Of a stretch of 64,000 nucleotides of DNA, positions 61,429-64,000 are shown in pieces. The DNA comes from an uncultured cyanobacterium (GTDB lineage: Bacteria; Cyanobacteriota; Cyanobacteriia; CAKZMO01): assembly GCA_963719515.1 (NCBI GenBank), contig CAVRCJ010000001.1, positions 160,001-224,000 of the forward strand, written 5' to 3'. The position numbers and the translations under genes were made by a program. Under the pieces are notes generated by a model that had not been told where the DNA came from, searched no databases, and was given only the letters and a program-made list of their open reading frames with translations. How positions within the stretch are numbered: the first letter of the stretch is position 1; each line of letters begins with the position of its first letter.

Positions 61429-62796
61429 ATGGCACTCGACTACGATTTTCTGGTGATTGGCGGCGGCTCTGGCGGTTTGGCCGCCTCGAAGCAAGCGGCC
61501 TCCTACGGAAAGCGCACGGCAATCGTTGAGCAGACGGCCTATGGTGGAACCTGCGCCAACCGAGGCTGCATTCCTAAAAAGCTGATTGTCTATGCGGCTG
61601 ACATTGCGCTAGAGATGCAGAGCGCCGCTGCCTTTGGCTGGCAGCAGACTAGCCTTTCCCTACAGTGGCCCAAGCTGACCGAGGCGATTCAGGTCCATGT
61701 CGACCAGATTGGCCAGTCTATTGCGTCTTCCCTTGAAGAGAAGGGGATAGACACTATCCGGGGGCAGGCCCACTTCGCGGATCCCCACACCGTTATCGTT
61801 GAGGGAGACGAGGGAAGGCGAGAAATTACCGCCGAGACCATTGTCATCGCTGTAGGGGGTCGCCCTAACCGGCTCGACATTCCCGGAGCCGACCATGCAC
61901 TGGTTTCAAGCGATATGTTTACCCTCCCCGAGCGACCCCAGCGGCTCGCGGTTATGGGGGGAGGCTACATCGGCGTTGAGTTTGCCAGCATGCTGGCGGC
62001 CTTTGGCACGCAGGTAACGCTACTCGACCCCAGCGGCCTCATTTTGAGCGGCTTTGACCAAACCCTACAGCAGTCTTTGCAAACGGCGCTCTGCGATCGC
62101 GGTATTACTATTCTGGGGGAGACCACGGCCAAATCTATTGAGAAGACCAGCAGTGGCCTGATGCTGAGTCTCAAAAGCGAGCTGGACGGACGCCCCGGCC
62201 AGCTTGAGGTAGACCAGGTGCTAATGGCGGTGGGTCGCCACCCCTACCTCAAGCCCCTGAACCTAGAAAAGGCCAACGTCGAGACGAAGGAGGGGGCGAT
62301 CGCCGTCGATGACTACAGCCAGACCTCCCAAGACAATATCTACGCCGTGGGTGACTGCACCAATCGTCTGCCCCTCACCCCAGTGGCGATCGCGGAAGGC
62401 GAAGCGGTGGCTCGCACCTGCTATGGCGGTGAGCCGGTACAGGTGGATTATCAGTGGGTTCCTTCCGCCGTGTTTGCCCGCCCCGAGCTGGCTGCGGTAG
62501 GGCTGACGGAGGCTGAGGCAAAGAAAAAGTTTGGCGACTCGGGAATTGAAGTTGTCCTCACCCGGTTTCAGCCGCTGAAGCAGCAGTTCTCGGGAGAGGG
62601 TGCCCCCGCCGTGATCAAGCTCGTGACCGATAGCGTGACGCAGCGAGTGCTGGGGCTACATATGCTCGGTGAGCATGCCGCTGAAGTCGTACAGGCCGCC
62701 GCGATCGCCATCAAGCAAGGCGTCACCGCCGAGCAGCTCAGCCAAACTATTGGCATACATCCCTCCACTGGGGAGGAGTTGCTAGATTTGGTCTAA
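61429..62796 (+). CDS. gor: Glutathione-disulfide reductase-like flavoprotein
   Basis: GGGSGG, GGTCANRGCIPKK and IHPSTGEE. Confidence 0.85.
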   Translation: MALDYDFLVIGGGSGGLAASKQAASYGKRTAIVEQTAYGGTCANRGCIPKKLIVYAADIALEMQSAAAFGWQQTSLSLQWPKLTEAIQVHVDQIGQSIASSLEEKGIDTIRGQAHFADPHTVIVEGDEGRREITAETIVIAVGGRPNRLDIPGADHALVSSDMFTLPERPQRLAVMGGGYIGVEFASMLAAFGTQVTLLDPSGLILSGFDQTLQQSLQTALCDRGITILGETTAKSIEKTSSGLMLSLKSELDGRPGQLEVDQVLMAVGRHPYLKPLNLEKANVETKEGAIAVDDYSQTSQDNIYAVGDCTNRLPLTPVAIAEGEAVARTCYGGEPVQVDYQWVPSAVFARPELAAVGLTEAEAKKKFGDSGIEVVLTRFQPLKQQFSGEGAPAVIKLVTDSVTQRVLGLHMLGEHAAEVVQAAAIAIKQGVTAEQLSQTIGIHPSTGEELLDLV

Positions 62797-62840
62797 CCGG
62801 TATTTTAAGAATAGTTAGTTTTCACAAGAGGAGTTATTGT

Positions 62841-63035
62841 ATGGCAATGACATTTGACGTTCCGTCTATCACCTGTCAGGGCTGCGCCGACACGATCACC
62901 GAAGTGCTCAAAACGGCTGACTCTGAGGCTAAGGTGACTGTAGACGTTGAGAAGAAAACCGTCAGCATTGAGTCTGAAATGGCGGAGGCCTCAGCGCGGC
63001 AGGCGATCGTGTCGGCGGGTCACGACGTGAAATAG
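62841..63035 (+). CDS. Heavy-metal-associated chaperone (CopZ/Atx1-like)
   Basis: 64 aa with the ITCQGC motif and a GAGGAG RBS. Confidence 0.9.
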   Translation: MAMTFDVPSITCQGCADTITEVLKTADSEAKVTVDVEKKTVSIESEMAEASARQAIVSAGHDVK

Positions 63036-63080
63036 CTGTTGATCTCGATAGAGTAGACCGAGGCTGGGCCCAGCCTCGGT

Positions 63081-64000
63081 CTACAGGACGTCCTCAGCAT
63101 CAGGCTCAGCCTCAGGGCGGCTTTGCCCCAAGCCCACCGGCCCAGACGCTAGCGACGTCAGCGCTTCCCGCTGATTGATCAAATAAATGCTGACTAGCGT
63201 AATTAAAACCCCTGCCCACTGGATTCCGCTGAGGCGCTCCCTTAAAAACAGGTTGCCGAACGCCAGGGCAAAGATAGGCGTGAGGAACGTCAGCGAAGTA
63301 AAGCTGGTGAGGTCGCGGCTAGAGGCAAAGTAGAAAAACAAACCGTAAGCTGCAGCGCTACCCAAGATAGAGGCGTAGCTGAGGGCCAGCCAGTCAGAGC
63401 CAGTGAGCTGCTGCCAAGGGGCTGCCTCACTCCACAGAGAGAGCCCCGCAATCACCACGCCCCCCAAAACCATGTGCCAGCCCGTAGCCATCACCGGGTC
63501 GCAGTGGCGGCAAACGTAGCGTACCATCACCGTCCCTACCGCCATAGACAGCGCCGCCATGAGCATCAGCCACTCGCCGCTGCCCAACAGTTTCTCAAAC
63601 AGCGGCCCCGCCGCCTCGCTCAAATGGCTCAGGGATAAATGACTTGAGGGGAAGGCCTGCAGTACAGCGCCGTCTAGATGGCGAAGGGCCTCTAATCCAG
63701 ACTCAAACCAGGCGTCAGGAAGCCCCAGCAGGCTAATTCCCAACACGCCCAACACAAGCCCCGCAGCCCCTACAACCCCAATCAGCTCTCCAAATAAAAA
63801 TCGGGCCATCAGCGCCACGGCGATGGGCTGGGAGTCAATCATCACCGAGCCCAGTCCGGCTCCCGTACGCACCAGGCCCAGCGCCAAAAAGCCCTGAAAC
63901 AAAGCCCCGTCCACCAGCGCAAACAGCATTACCCACAGCCAGGCTCGCCAACCCGTCACCGCCGGGCGGCCCATGAGCCAGGCGACCAGCAGCACGAGCA
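63081..64000 (-). CDS. DMT/EamA-family transporter (start lies beyond the window)
   Basis: Multiple TM segments, GAGLGSVMIDSQP and LTFLTPIFALAFG. Confidence 0.88.
   Translation of the reverse strand, partial: LVLLVAWLMGRPAVTGWRAWLWVMLFALVDGALFQGFLALGLVRTGAGLGSVMIDSQPIAVALMARFLFGELIGVVGAAGLVLGVLGISLLGLPDAWFESGLEALRHLDGAVLQAFPSSHLSLSHLSEAAGPLFEKLLGSGEWLMLMAALSMAVGTVMVRYVCRHCDPVMATGWHMVLGGVVIAGLSLWSEAAPWQQLTGSDWLALSYASILGSAAAYGLFFYFASSRDLTSFTSLTFLTPIFALAFGNLFLRERLSGIQWAGVLITLVSIYLINQREALTSLASGPVGLGQSRPEAEPDAEDVL

Overview
This is a 64 kb chromosomal window from a fairly GC-rich cyanobacterium: the HIP1 octamer GCGATCGC is very frequent, and chlP, chlD, ycf3, an hli gene and an OCP C-terminal-domain homolog are present. 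Most of it is housekeeping (lpxD, rlmD, mscL, queG, ald, rbfA, nagZ, tamB, dnaA, rnhA, spoT, pilT, dxs, tatA, gatC, gor, tRNA-Gly). Four accessory elements stand out. (1) An AT-richer LRR-Roc-COR-TIR gene is cleanly split by an IS4-family element (13-bp IRs, 10-bp TSD); it converges on a solo nurA, and its TIR domain has Gln at the usual catalytic Glu position. (2) A nested locus at 21.1-22.3 kb: a structured RNA leader of a small unknown gene is split by a 5'-truncated group II intron, which is in turn interrupted by a 393-bp non-autonomous IS200/IS605-type element. That element has lost its proteins but keeps a promoter-like motif and an omega-RNA-like right end, and a second near-identical copy sits upstream of pilT. 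Both copies are inserted 3' of TTTAG. (3) There are two giant RTX/type-I-secretion substrates, a G8/beta-helix/PKD protein and a ~1270-residue Ala/Thr/Asp/Val repeat rod. (4) Smaller items are an sRNA candidate, an ISKra4 remnant and a histidine-kinase remnant. All calls come from reading the sequence and recognising motifs; no searches or folding programs were run.
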